A stretch of DNA of 32,059 nt from an uncultured Candidatus Saccharibacteria bacterium (GCA_964567425.1 CAZMMP010000003.1:1-32059); one strand, 5' to 3'. Positions 1 through 8,420 are shown, numbered from the stretch's first letter. The notes: a model not told the origin generated them from the letters alone. Made by a program: numbers and translations.

Positions 1-80
1 CTCTTCCTTAAAACTTCACCTTGCTCGACCATAGTGGGCGCGTGCGCAATAAATAATTAGTAAATTAATTTATCTATCCC

Positions 81-338
81 ATGCCTGTCTCACCCGGCTA
101 TAAATATGCCACCTGGATTTTGGCGATCGTGGTTGTAGTTCTGATCGTGGTGATTGCGGTTCAGCCTAAGAGCGCCACTGACCAATTTGCTACGGCTCAA
201 AAGCAGCTTAATCAATGTGCCCAAAAGCTCAATGCCTGGCGCGCCACGGCGGCTACTAGTACCACCGCGCAAGCCGATCTCAACAACATTTTGGCTTCGT
301 GTCAAAACGATCTCTCGGTGGCCTCGGACGCGCTCTAA
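81..338 (+). CDS. small membrane-anchored hypothetical protein (85 aa)
   Basis: ATG ORF with an N-terminal hydrophobic helix (WILAIVVVVLIVVIAV) and a Q/A/T-rich helical tail. No family recognised. Confidence 0.4.
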   Translation: MPVSPGYKYATWILAIVVVVLIVVIAVQPKSATDQFATAQKQLNQCAQKLNAWRATAATSTTAQADLNNILASCQNDLSVASDAL

Positions 339-388
339 GCTCAAGCGGTATGCTTCGTCTCGAGGACGTGGCATGGTAGGCTAGAGGG

Positions 389-1336
389 ATGCCACGATCT
401 CTGGCACCCCATCTTGTGATTATTGTTTTAGGAGTGATGGCGCTCTATGCCGCTAAGGGATGGGTGACGCCAGTACCGCTTCGAACCATCGCGCCCGCCG
501 CCACCGTAGTGGCGGCGGCGCCCGTTCTCTCTGGCGCTAAACTCATTGGTCACGAGGCGCCCCTTGATCTACCGGCTCGGGCCTTTCTTTCATTGTATCT
601 TTCGCCGACCGGCGAGCGCGAAATTTTGATTGAGCGGGGGAGCGAGCAGCCACTCCCCATTGCAAGTTTAACTAAATTAATGACCGCGCTCGTCGTGTTT
701 GAAAATTACAATCCAGCAACTATTCTCACGGTTGCTCCCGCTGACCTGCAAGGTCCAACCGATCCTTCAGGGTTGCGGGTGGGCGATAATCTTACGGTTG
801 AGTCGCTCGTGCGCTCACTCTTGGTGGAGTCGAGTAATTGGAGCGCCCAAACCTTAGCCAACGAATATGCTGGCATGGGGACGCCTCGTTTCGTTGAGGC
901 GATGAATAGCAAAGCAACTGAACTCGGTTTAACCTCGACTCATTACGTTAATCCATCGGGCCTCGATAGTGGCGGAGGACTGCCTGTTAATTATTCTTCG
1001 GCGCGGGACTTGGCTTTTTTGGCGCAGGCTATTTTAGCCACCCAGCCCGAAATTTTAGCCGTGACGCGAACGGCGGCTGCGACCATTAACTTAGCTCAAG
1101 GCCACTTTCATCACGTGGCTTTGAGCACCGACAAACTGCTGGGCACCTCGTTTGGCGGAGCGGAGATTGTGGGCGGCAAAACGGGTACCACCGACCTTGC
1201 CAAGCGTAATTTACTCCTGGTGCTTAAAGATAAAAAATCTGGCGGCTATCTTATTACTGTCGTCTTAGGAAGTGATGATAGTTTTGCGGCAATGAAATCA
1301 CTGATCGACTGGACCTACCGTAACTACGAGTTTTAG
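389..1336 (+). CDS. D-alanyl-D-alanine carboxypeptidase (peptidase S11, PBP5-like), membrane anchored
   Basis: All three penicillin-binding motifs occur in order: SxxK (ASLTKLM), SxN (ESSNWS) and KTG (GGKTGTT). An N-terminal TM helix is present. Confidence 0.9.
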   Translation: MPRSLAPHLVIIVLGVMALYAAKGWVTPVPLRTIAPAATVVAAAPVLSGAKLIGHEAPLDLPARAFLSLYLSPTGEREILIERGSEQPLPIASLTKLMTALVVFENYNPATILTVAPADLQGPTDPSGLRVGDNLTVESLVRSLLVESSNWSAQTLANEYAGMGTPRFVEAMNSKATELGLTSTHYVNPSGLDSGGGLPVNYSSARDLAFLAQAILATQPEILAVTRTAAATINLAQGHFHHVALSTDKLLGTSFGGAEIVGGKTGTTDLAKRNLLLVLKDKKSGGYLITVVLGSDDSFAAMKSLIDWTYRNYEF

Positions 1337-1338
1337 AG

Positions 1339-1411
1339 TGGACCATACCGGAATCGAACCGGTTACCTCTCCCATGCCATGGGAGCGCTCTACCAAGTGA
1401 GCTAATGGCCC
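1339..1411 (-). tRNA. tRNA-Ala (anticodon GGC), 73 nt, no encoded CCA
   Basis: The reverse complement folds as GGGCCAT-TA-GCTC-ACTTGGTA-GAGC-G-CTCCC-ATGGCAT-GGGAG-AGGTA-ACCGG-TTCGATT-CCGGT-ATGGTCC-A. It has the G3:U70 Ala identity pair and the T-loop TTCGATT. The discriminator A is followed by CTC, not CCA. Confidence 0.93.
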
Positions 1412-1441
1412 ATTTGTCATTAATGGCCCGTATGGTTATTT

Positions 1442-1487
1442 AAACAAAAACAAAGCTCCGTGTCGAGATGAAATGACGCCGGAGCTT
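1442..1487 (-). terminator. Rho-independent terminator downstream of the 1503..1952 gene
   Basis: An 8-bp stem pairs AAGCTCCG (1453-1460) with CGGAGCTT (1480-1487). On the minus strand it is followed by TTGTTTTTGTTT (complement of 1442-1452). Confidence 0.55.
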
Positions 1488-1502
1488 AAGAGGAGAGATG
1501 AT

Positions 1503-1952
1503 CTATTCTTCCACTGCGTACAGGGGAATGGAGAGTTGTCGTACCACATCCTTGCTAACCTCCGTCTTGACCGCACCGATGCCTATCACGTGCCCGCCCG
1601 ACTTCCTAATTGCACTGCAAAGTTTGTCTAAATATCCCACTCGGGTTTCGTCGATATGGCTAGTAACAAACAGGATTTTACTCCCTTTAACTTCTGGCGG
1701 TAATTCATACGCCGTTGGAGGACCGGCACCGTTGCAATGAGGGAGTTGGCCGTGAGAGAGGTGCTTCGCGGGTCGGCCAGCGCGATTGTAGGTGTCGGCT
1801 ACATACAGAGCTAAGCCGATATCCGCGGGAGTTAATCCAACACAGAGTGCTCCACTAAAGTCGTCGGGTCGGCCCAAACTCCAGAGACGTCGAAAAATCA
1901 TCTCTGCTAGGCTCCAAATGATGCCCGGCGTATTAATTTGCCAGCCGTTCAT
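1503..1952 (-). CDS. hypothetical protein, possibly a degenerate phosphoribosyltransferase-like fold (149 aa)
   Basis: Strong SD (AAAGGAGAAGG) lies 3-4 nt upstream of the ATG. The layout loosely resembles type I PRTases (GALCVGLTPADIGLALYVA ... KILFVTSHIDETRVG), but the acidic PRPP-loop pair is absent. Confidence 0.55.
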   Translation of the reverse strand: MNGWQINTPGIIWSLAEMIFRRLWSLGRPDDFSGALCVGLTPADIGLALYVADTYNRAGRPAKHLSHGQLPHCNGAGPPTAYELPPEVKGSKILFVTSHIDETRVGYLDKLCSAIRKSGGHVIGIGAVKTEVSKDVVRQLSIPLYAVEE

Positions 1953-2028
1953 GATCCTTCTCCTTTCTCTTTAAAAAGGTCTTGATGGTGAACCATTCAC
2001 CAGCCGCTTTGATCGTAACACAAATCTC

Positions 2029-2037
2029 TGATAAAGT
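2029..2037 (+). promoter_or_regulatory. extended -10 element TGaTAAAGT, 7 nt upstream of ATG 2045
   Basis: TG at 2029-2030, hexamer TAAAGT at 2032-2037, spacer atagtcc, then ATG. No SD. Confidence 0.4.
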
Positions 2038-2044
2038 ATAGTCC

Positions 2045-2266
2045 ATGTTCAAAAATTTTTTGGTTAAAAAGATGCTCAAGAGTCAAGGCGCTAGCGAGGA
2101 GCAAGCCGAGCTGATTATCAAAATTATGGAGAAGAATCCCGGGCTATTTCAGCAAATTGCCGCGGAGATTAAAACCAAAGTCGACGGCGGCATGCCCCAG
2201 CAAGAGGCGGCCATGCAGGTGATGATGGCTCACGAAGCGGAGCTTAAACAACTCGCCCAAAACTAA
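2045..2266 (+). CDS. small helical hypothetical protein (73 aa)
   Basis: ORF whose stop lies 1 nt before the ychF ATG, suggesting co-translation. Charged helical sequence with no recognisable family. Confidence 0.5.
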   Translation: MFKNFLVKKMLKSQGASEEQAELIIKIMEKNPGLFQQIAAEIKTKVDGGMPQQEAAMQVMMAHEAELKQLAQN

Positions 2267-2267
2267 C

Positions 2268-3272
2268 ATGGCTCTCTCTATCGGCATCGTTGGGCTCCCG
2301 AATGTGGGTAAGAGCACGCTGTTTAATGCGCTCACCAAAAAGAGTGTGCCGGCGGAGAATTATCCATTTTGTACCATTGACCCATCGGTTGGTGTGGTCG
2401 CGGTGCCCGACGAGCGGCTGCAAAAATTAAGTGATTTTTCAAAGTCGGCTAAAACCATCCCGGCGGCGGTGGAGTTTGTGGATATTGCTGGACTGGTTAA
2501 GGGCGCGGCCCAAGGTGAGGGCTTGGGTAATCAATTCCTCTCCCACATTCGCGAGGTGGACGCGATCGCGCACGTGGTACGCACCTTCCAAGACGGCAGT
2601 GTTATCCACGTCGATAACAAAGTGGATCCGGCGCACGATGCTGATGTCATTAATCTCGAACTCGCGCTTGCGGACGGGCAAACAGTCACCAAGCGCTTGC
2701 AAAATCTTGGTCGGGAAGTAAAGCGGGGTGATAAAGCGGCTCTCGCCGAAGAGGTGGTTTTAAAAAAGTTGAACGAGGCGCTCGAGGCGGGTCGGCCAGC
2801 GCGGAGCGTGAGCTTGAGCAAAGACGAACAAGCGATCGCTAAGCAACTTAATTTGCTCACGGCCAAACCGATGCTCTATGTGCTTAACACTTCCGAGGCG
2901 TCGGAGAATGTGAGTGTGGCACCAGCCCAACTAGGAGAGGTGAGCTTGCTCGTCAAAGTCGACCCGGTGTTTGGCACCGGCTTTGATGAGCTGATCAAAA
3001 AGAGCTATGAACTGCTCGGCCTCATTACCTACTTCACCACCGGCGCTGACGAAACCCGCGCCTGGACAATTAAAGAGGGGTGGACGGCGCCCGAGGCAGG
3101 GACCGCGATCCACACCGATTTTAAAACTAAATTTATCCGAGCCGAAGTGATTAATTGGCAAGAGCTTCTCTCCGCCGGCAGTTACGGCGCGGCGCGAGAG
3201 AAGGGCCTACTTCGAGTGGAAGGAAAAGAATATGTCGTCAAAGACGGCGACGTGATTGAGTTTAAAATTTAG
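2268..3272 (+). CDS. ychF: ribosome-binding ATPase YchF (Obg-like GTPase family)
   Basis: Contains G1 [10 protein letters not shown]3 DIAGLVKGA, YchF-typical NQFL in place of NKxD, and a C-terminal TGS-like end ([19 protein letters not shown]). Confidence 0.95.
   Translation: MALSIGIVGLPNVGKSTLFNALTKKSVPAENYPFCTIDPSVGVVAVPDERLQKLSDFSKSAKTIPAAVEFVDIAGLVKGAAQGEGLGNQFLSHIREVDAIAHVVRTFQDGSVIHVDNKVDPAHDADVINLELALADGQTVTKRLQNLGREVKRGDKAALAEEVVLKKLNEALEAGRPARSVSLSKDEQAIAKQLNLLTAKPMLYVLNTSEASENVSVAPAQLGEVSLLVKVDPVFGTGFDELIKKSYELLGLITYFTTGADETRAWTIKEGWTAPEAGTAIHTDFKTKFIRAEVINWQELLSAGSYGAAREKGLLRVEGKEYVVKDGDVIEFKI
3255..3272. repeat. direct repeat copy 1 (ATTGAGTTTAAAATTTAG), the last 5 codons plus stop of ychF
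   Basis: An exact 18-nt match occurs at 4499-4516. Flanking codons are also related (KDGDV versus EDGSA). Confidence 0.85.
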
Positions 3273-3282
3273 GAAAAATTTG

Positions 3283-3291
3283 TGCTAAAAT
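3283..3291 (+). promoter_or_regulatory. extended -10 element TGcTAAAAT, 6 nt upstream of ATG 3298
   Basis: TG at 3283-3284, hexamer TAAAAT at 3286-3291, spacer aaattt, then ATG. No SD. Confidence 0.45.
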
Positions 3292-3297
3292 AAATTT

Positions 3298-3777
3298 ATG
3301 AAAAACTTTGCATTCATTGATGCGCAGAATGTCCATCTTGGCATTAAATCGTTGGGTTGGAAACTGGACTGGAAAAAGTTTCGCGTATATCTCAAAGAAA
3401 AACATTCGGTTGAGGAGGCCTATCTCTTTATCGGCTATATGCCTTCAAATCAGGAGCTTTATTCTTTTCTTCAGAAGTCTGGTTACATTTGCATTTTTAA
3501 ACCGTTGATTTATGACGGTGAGGGAAAAGTCAAAGGTAATTGCGATGCTGACTTAGTGCTTCATGCAATTTTGAAAATCAACGAATATGATAAAGCAGTT
3601 ATTGTTTCAAGCGACGGCGATTTTTACTCGCTGGTTCGCCATCTCTACGAAAACAACAAACTGCTTTTCGTCTTCAGTCCCTATGTCCAAACTTGCTCTA
3701 AGCTTTTGCGAAAAGAAGCAAAAGAGAAGATTTACTCGATGGATAACTTGCGGAAGAAGGTCGGCTATAAAGAGTGA
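3298..3777 (+). CDS. NYN-domain (LabA/DUF88-like) predicted ribonuclease
   Basis: Shows the N-terminal AFIDAQNV motif, NCDADLV and VSSDGDF acidic motifs typical of the PIN-like NYN fold. GC is visibly lower than in flanking genes. Confidence 0.8.
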   Translation: MKNFAFIDAQNVHLGIKSLGWKLDWKKFRVYLKEKHSVEEAYLFIGYMPSNQELYSFLQKSGYICIFKPLIYDGEGKVKGNCDADLVLHAILKINEYDKAVIVSSDGDFYSLVRHLYENNKLLFVFSPYVQTCSKLLRKEAKEKIYSMDNLRKKVGYKE

Positions 3778-3795
3778 AAGCGAGTGAAAATGAAA

Positions 3796-3838
3796 ACGCA
3801 CCGCGTGGACACGAGAGACCACGAGATGCGTTTTCTTA
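3796..3838 (+). terminator. Rho-independent terminator after the NYN gene
   Basis: ACGCACCGCGTGG (3796-3808) pairs with CCACGAGATGCGT (3819-3831) as a 13-bp stem with 2 mismatches, followed by TTTTCTT. Confidence 0.6.
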
Positions 3839-3892
3839 TGGATGATTCCAGTATACACCTGCCAAGATTAAAGTCAATTACACTACGAGGTG

Positions 3893-3921
3893 TTGACAAT
3901 TTCTAGCTATTAGTATACAAT
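3893..3921 (+). promoter_or_regulatory. sigma-70-type promoter TTGACA-17 nt-TACAAT
   Basis: TTGACA at 3893-3898, an exact 17-nt spacer, and TACAAT at 3916-3921, upstream of an SD-bearing start at 3967. Confidence 0.65.
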
Positions 3922-3966
3922 TCTAGTTTTGTAAGTGGTCTTTTGGTCTTTAAGAAAGGAGAAGCC

Positions 3967-4368
3967 GTGAGACTTACAGCAAATTACAGAAATTCAAACA
4001 TCCGAAAATTGTCAAACATCGTCGCCGTCTTTCAGGGTGTTGACATGGTGATTCGTACCCGTCCGCTGTTCAGTCAGTTAGTCAATGATCTCGGTGAGAA
4101 AGAAGAAGATGTTTTTCTGCATTGGATCATTACCAACGAGATGTTTTCGGAAGAGGGTGTGAAGTCGGGGTACTATAAGCTGTGCTTCGAATTGTGCAAG
4201 GTAAGCACAACGCCTCCTGGCTTCACGGTCATTGCGCGCAACTGGAAACACTTGGACGAACCTTCGGAAGAGGTGGCGTTTAAAGGACCAGTGTTCCCTG
4301 ACAACGATGTGGAGTGTGCGGACTTCGTTCTTTCTGAACTCGGATGTGTGGTTCCGCACCACCCATGA
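3967..4368 (+). CDS. hypothetical protein (133 aa from GTG 3967; the ORF track opens at TTG 3943)
   Basis: GTG 3967 is preceded by AAAGGAG (3955-3961) at 5-nt spacing. ATG 4045 is an alternative start. No recognisable family. Low GC like the NYN gene. Confidence 0.55.
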   Translation: MRLTANYRNSNIRKLSNIVAVFQGVDMVIRTRPLFSQLVNDLGEKEEDVFLHWIITNEMFSEEGVKSGYYKLCFELCKVSTTPPGFTVIARNWKHLDEPSEEVAFKGPVFPDNDVECADFVLSELGCVVPHHP

Positions 4369-4384
4369 ATCGATTTTTCTGACT

Positions 4385-4412
4385 AAACCCCGAACCGAAA
4401 GGAACGGGGTTT
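4385..4412 (+). terminator. hairpin, possible terminator
   Basis: AAACCCCG (4385-4392) pairs with CGGGGTTT (4405-4412) across a 12-nt loop. The T run is short and partly inside the stem. Confidence 0.4.
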
Positions 4413-4498
4413 AACTTTGCTTGCTATATAAGGCCGTCTTGGTATGCTGTACTTATCGGCGTTTTCGGTAATTTTTAATTTTAGAAGATGGCAGTGCT

Positions 4499-4516
4499 AT
4501 TGAGTTTAAAATTTAG
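4499..4516. repeat. direct repeat copy 2, an orphan ychF C-terminal remnant (..ILEDGSAIEFKI*)
   Basis: Exact 18-nt copy of 3255-3272. The upstream in-frame codons GAA GAT GGC AGT GCT resemble the ychF codons AAA GAC GGC GAC GTG. An in-frame TAA lies at 4469-4471. Confidence 0.8.
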
Positions 4517-4542
4517 TTGTGCACAAGTGCTAGACCGGGCTC

Positions 4543-4551
4543 TGGTACAAT
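4543..4551 (+). promoter_or_regulatory. extended -10 element TGgTACAAT (leadered; ATG at 4593)
   Basis: The 9-mer is identical to the one at 26780-26788. A perfect 10-bp palindrome TTGTGCACAA lies at 4517-4526, just upstream. Confidence 0.45.
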
Positions 4552-4592
4552 AATTACTGATGAGCTTTGCTTATTAGTAATTTTTATTTTCC

Positions 4593-5453
4593 ATGAAAAA
4601 GATAAGTTTGGTTCTTATGTTTCTCCTTATCGTCGGTAGTGCTCAAACAGTCAGTGCCCAAGAGGCGAGTTCCACTCCACCATTTACCATCACCGCTTCA
4701 GCGCCAGCTGCTGGGGCAATGAGTGTGCCAGTAACAGTGATCCCGACCTTGACCTTCTCTAATCAGATCAAGAGTGCGGGGGCAACGAGTACTCATGTTC
4801 AGCTTCGAGACTTTACTTCTGATGCTCCAGTTTTACTTAATATTTCTCCTTCTGGCGATGGCTTACTATTAACGCTTCAACCCACAGACGGTCCCTTGGG
4901 CTATAGTCAAAAATATTATTTTTACGTTGATGCGACAGTGAAAGATATTTATGACCAGGGGATGTCGGGTTGGGTTAAATCAAATAAAGATAATCATGCC
5001 TTTACTACCGAAGCAGCCCCTATAATTCCACCCGACGCCACTTCGACTCCACCCGAAGCTACCTCAACTGTGCCTGCCGAACCAACTGCTACGTCCACGG
5101 CGAGTGAAAAAGATACTCCGCGATACGATACGAGCGGTTTCTATCGGCGCAACGGAGGCAGATCGAAAAGCGTTTCAGTGGCTACGCCCAAAGTGCTCGG
5201 TGCGGTTACGTTTGTTGCCTCTGACGTTCCGACGCTCGGCTTGTTCGCGACTAATCTCGGCTTAGGCAGCGTTGGCCCGATGGTGTTGGTGCTCCAAGAG
5301 CGGCTGGTGGGGGAGAATCTTTACCACGGCGCGCTCGATAGTCACTTTGGTCCGCAACTCGCAGTGGCGGTACGAGCCTACCAACTCGCTCACGAGTTAC
5401 CCGTCACCGGTTTCGTCGGAGTTTTGACTCGAGCGGCCTTGAACGCCGAGTAA
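4593..5453 (+). CDS. secreted protein with an SbsA/Big_5-like Ig domain and a C-terminal peptidoglycan-binding domain (PG_binding_1)
   Basis: Signal peptide ends in SAQTVSA-QE. Then come an Ig-like segment, a T/S/P-rich linker (ATSTPPEATSTVPAEPTATSTAS) and a C-terminal PG-binding motif (GPMVLVLQERL...HFGPQLAVAVRAYQLAHELPVTGFVGVLTRAAL). Confidence 0.85.
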   Translation: MKKISLVLMFLLIVGSAQTVSAQEASSTPPFTITASAPAAGAMSVPVTVIPTLTFSNQIKSAGATSTHVQLRDFTSDAPVLLNISPSGDGLLLTLQPTDGPLGYSQKYYFYVDATVKDIYDQGMSGWVKSNKDNHAFTTEAAPIIPPDATSTPPEATSTVPAEPTATSTASEKDTPRYDTSGFYRRNGGRSKSVSVATPKVLGAVTFVASDVPTLGLFATNLGLGSVGPMVLVLQERLVGENLYHGALDSHFGPQLAVAVRAYQLAHELPVTGFVGVLTRAALNAE

Positions 5454-5474
5454 CTTGGCTTAGCCCGCTTCGCT

Positions 5475-5483
5475 TGGTATAGT
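5475..5483 (+). promoter_or_regulatory. extended -10 element TGgTATAGT, 6 nt upstream of ATG 5490
   Basis: TG at 5475-5476, hexamer TATAGT at 5478-5483, spacer ttagct, then ATG. No SD. Confidence 0.5.
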
Positions 5484-5489
5484 TTAGCT

Positions 5490-6023
5490 ATGAAAAATTT
5501 CAACATCCTGAAATGGGCTTTGGTCGTGGCGATTGTGGTTGTGCTCAACTTGCTCTTTAACGTCAGTACCAGTCTCATCTTCGAACAGCCGCAATATGAC
5601 CAGTTTTGCAAAGCCGAGCCGCTCCAAATTCAACCCGAAACCGCCAAGTTGTGTGTCGAACAGGGTGGCCAGTGGAATGGTCCTGCCGTCCCCGTTCAGT
5701 CTCCGAGCGTTGAGTCGACTCCCAAACCAGTGGGCTACTGCGATCTCCAATTCACCTGTCGGCAAAAGTTTGAGGACGCGCAAACAATCTACAATCGCAA
5801 TTCGTTTGTCGTGCTCGTGGTTTTGGGAGCACTCGCGATTATTATCGGCTTCTTTGTTAGCGCCAGCGCCGTTTCGCTCGGGCTCACGCTCGGCGGCGTA
5901 CTTAGCTTGATTATTGCCTCGATGCGCTACTGGAGCTATATGCAAGAGTACTGGCGTTTTGGAGTCCTGGCCGTAGCTTTAATTGCCCTCTGTTGGCTTG
6001 GCGTCAAAAAGATTAAGGAGTAG
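5490..6023 (+). CDS. integral membrane hypothetical protein (177 aa)
   Basis: One N-terminal and about three C-terminal hydrophobic helices flank a Cys-containing extracytoplasmic loop. The antisense ORF 5484..5945 is judged a shadow. Confidence 0.6.
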   Translation: MKNFNILKWALVVAIVVVLNLLFNVSTSLIFEQPQYDQFCKAEPLQIQPETAKLCVEQGGQWNGPAVPVQSPSVESTPKPVGYCDLQFTCRQKFEDAQTIYNRNSFVVLVVLGALAIIIGFFVSASAVSLGLTLGGVLSLIIASMRYWSYMQEYWRFGVLAVALIALCWLGVKKIKE

Positions 6024-6037
6024 GCTAGGGAACAACG

Positions 6038-8341
6038 GTGGAGAAATACGATCACAAAAAAATAGAGGCCAAGTGGCAAAAAACCTGGTACGAACAGCAC
6101 GCTAACCAGGCTGAATTCCCTTCGACGAAACCGAAGCAGTATCTCTTGGTGGAGTTCCCGTACCCTTCGGGTGATGGCTTGCACACTGGTCACGTCCGCT
6201 CCTACACCGCGATGGACGCTATTGCTCGCAAGCGCCGGATGGAGGGCTATAATGTGCTTTACCCCATCGGGTGGGACGCCTTTGGCTTGCCGACCGAGAA
6301 CTACGCGCTCAAGACCGGCCGACCGCCGGTGGAGATTACGCGGGAGAATACCGATACTTTTAGGCGACAATTACAAGCATTAGGACTCTCGTTTGATTGG
6401 TCGCGCGAGATTAACACCACTGATCCAAATTATTATAAATGGACGCAGTGGATCTTTCTCCAGTTTGTTAAACAGGGTTTAGCCTACAAAAAGAAGACGG
6501 AGATCAATTGGTGTCCTAAAGATTTAATCGGTCTCGCTAATGAAGAGGTAGTGGGCGGCTGCTGCGAGCGCTGTGGCACCCCGGTAGAGAAGCGCGAGCG
6601 CGAGCAGTGGATGCTCGCGATTACTAAGTATGCCGATCGGCTCGATAAAGATTTGGACGCGGTGGATTATTTGCCGCCGATCAAGATCCAGCAACGTAAT
6701 TGGATTGGACGCTCTGAAGGTGCCGAATTTGATTTTAAGTTAAAAGATAAAGAAGGAGCGATCACTGTTTTTACCACTCGGGCTGATACTATCTTTGGCG
6801 TTACCTTTGCGGCGGTGTCGCAAAAATACGCTAAGGAAGAGCTTGGTTTAAATTACGACTTTGCTGAATCGAAGGAGGGAGGTGAGGAAAAGTTGGGTTT
6901 TGATACTGGTCTTAAGGCGATCAATCCCGCGAGCGGCGAAGCGGTGCCCGTCTGGTGCGTTAATTATGTGCTCAACGACGTCGGCACCGGCGCCATCATG
7001 GGCGTGCCCGCGCACGATGAACGTGATTTTGCCTTTGCTAAAAAATATCATTTACCGATTAAAGAGATCGAACTAGAATCAGTCGAAGAAATAATTAAAA
7101 AATTTGGGCGGCCGAAGACCACCTACAAACTGCGGGATTGGATTTTTAGCCGTCAGCGCTATTGGGGCGAGCCGATCCCGATGATTAAATGCGAGCACTG
7201 CGGGTGGGTCCCGGTGCCGGAGCAGGATTTGCCGGTCAAGCTACCGGAGGTCAAGAATTACCGGCCGACGCAGACGGGCGACTCACCGCTCGCGGCCATT
7301 ACTGACTGGGTAAACACCACCTGTCCCAGCTGTGGCGGCCCGGCCAAACGCGAGACGGACGTGATGCCCAACTGGGCTGGCTCCAGCTGGTATTATTTGC
7401 GCTATTGCGATCCCAAAAATGGAGAGCAATTTGCTTCGCCCGAGAGCTTAAACTACTTCACGCCAGTTGACTGGTACAACGGCGGCATGGAGCACACGAC
7501 GCTCCACCTGCTCTACTCGCGCTTTTGGCACAAGTTCCTCTTCGACCAAAAGTTGGTGCCGACAAGCGAGCCGTACGCGAAGCGCACCTCGCATGGTCTG
7601 ATCCTCGCCGAAGGCGGGGAGAAGATGAGTAAGTCGAAAGGGAATGTGGTCAATCCCGACAAGATCGTGGAGCTCTATGGTGCCGACACGTTGCGCGTCT
7701 ACGAAATGTTTATGGGTCCGTTTGACCAAGCGATCGCCTGGAGCACCGAAAGTTTAATCGGACCCCGGCGCTTTTTGGAACGTATTTGGAAATTAGGGAT
7801 CGCTCTGTCAGAAAAGGATTCTTCGGAAACCCGCCCGAACGACCGTTCGGTCGGGCGGGGAATCCCCAGACCACTCCAAAATCCTGAACTGACTTCGCTA
7901 GTCCATTACACCATCAAAAAAGTGAGCGAAGATATTGAGGCGATGAAGTTTAACACCGCGATTTCGGCGTTGATGGTGTTCACCAAAGCGCTCGAAGAGG
8001 CGGCGGAGGTGGGAGTGGAGGAGTATAAAGTTTTACTCCAGCTCCTCGCGCCGTTCGCTCCTCATGTAACCGAAGAATTATGGCAGAGCTTGGGCGAAAC
8101 AAGCTCGATTCACCGGGCGGCGTGGCCCAGTTTTGACCCTGTCAAGATCCAGGGCGAGCGTAAAATCATCATCCAAATCAACGGGGTTAAACGCGACGAA
8201 ATGGCTTTAGAGAGCGATATTTCGGAGGCGGAGCTTGAGGCAAAGGCGCGGACGCTCCCAGGCGTGGCCAAGTGGCTCGAGGGCAAGAGCGTAAAGCGTG
8301 TCGTTGCGGTGCCGGGCAAACTGCTGAACTTTGTGGTCTGA
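6038..8341 (+). CDS. leuS: leucine--tRNA ligase (compact, 767 aa, GTG start)
   Basis: Contains the typical N-terminus (EKYDHKKIEAKWQKTW), the HIGH motif (HTGH), the KMSKS motif (KMSKSKGN), a CP1 editing region (TTRADT ... GTGAIMGVPAHDERD) and a zinc-type CxxC pair. Confidence 0.97.
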   Translation: MEKYDHKKIEAKWQKTWYEQHANQAEFPSTKPKQYLLVEFPYPSGDGLHTGHVRSYTAMDAIARKRRMEGYNVLYPIGWDAFGLPTENYALKTGRPPVEITRENTDTFRRQLQALGLSFDWSREINTTDPNYYKWTQWIFLQFVKQGLAYKKKTEINWCPKDLIGLANEEVVGGCCERCGTPVEKREREQWMLAITKYADRLDKDLDAVDYLPPIKIQQRNWIGRSEGAEFDFKLKDKEGAITVFTTRADTIFGVTFAAVSQKYAKEELGLNYDFAESKEGGEEKLGFDTGLKAINPASGEAVPVWCVNYVLNDVGTGAIMGVPAHDERDFAFAKKYHLPIKEIELESVEEIIKKFGRPKTTYKLRDWIFSRQRYWGEPIPMIKCEHCGWVPVPEQDLPVKLPEVKNYRPTQTGDSPLAAITDWVNTTCPSCGGPAKRETDVMPNWAGSSWYYLRYCDPKNGEQFASPESLNYFTPVDWYNGGMEHTTLHLLYSRFWHKFLFDQKLVPTSEPYAKRTSHGLILAEGGEKMSKSKGNVVNPDKIVELYGADTLRVYEMFMGPFDQAIAWSTESLIGPRRFLERIWKLGIALSEKDSSETRPNDRSVGRGIPRPLQNPELTSLVHYTIKKVSEDIEAMKFNTAISALMVFTKALEEAAEVGVEEYKVLLQLLAPFAPHVTEELWQSLGETSSIHRAAWPSFDPVKIQGERKIIIQINGVKRDEMALESDISEAELEAKARTLPGVAKWLEGKSVKRVVAVPGKLLNFVV

Positions 8342-8420
8342 TTATCCACCTGGCAAGGCCCTTGACTCTTTAAACGCCAAATGATAGAACAATACCAAGT
8401 CTAACGACACACCATTCATC

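Noticed and set aside
4444-4503. A 19-codon mini-ORF (MLYLSAFSVIFNFRRWQCY) downstream of a TGcTATATA box, considered as a possible type I toxin-like peptide.
   Set aside because: It is too short for a TM helix, has no SD or leaderless geometry (13-nt spacer), and overlaps the ychF remnant. It is most likely chance.
5484-6370. Minus-strand ORFs 5484..5945 (153 aa) and 5936..6370 (144 aa).
   Set aside because: They are antisense to a membrane-protein gene that has a promoter-like element and clear TM helices, and to leuS. They have no SD and no recognisable domains.
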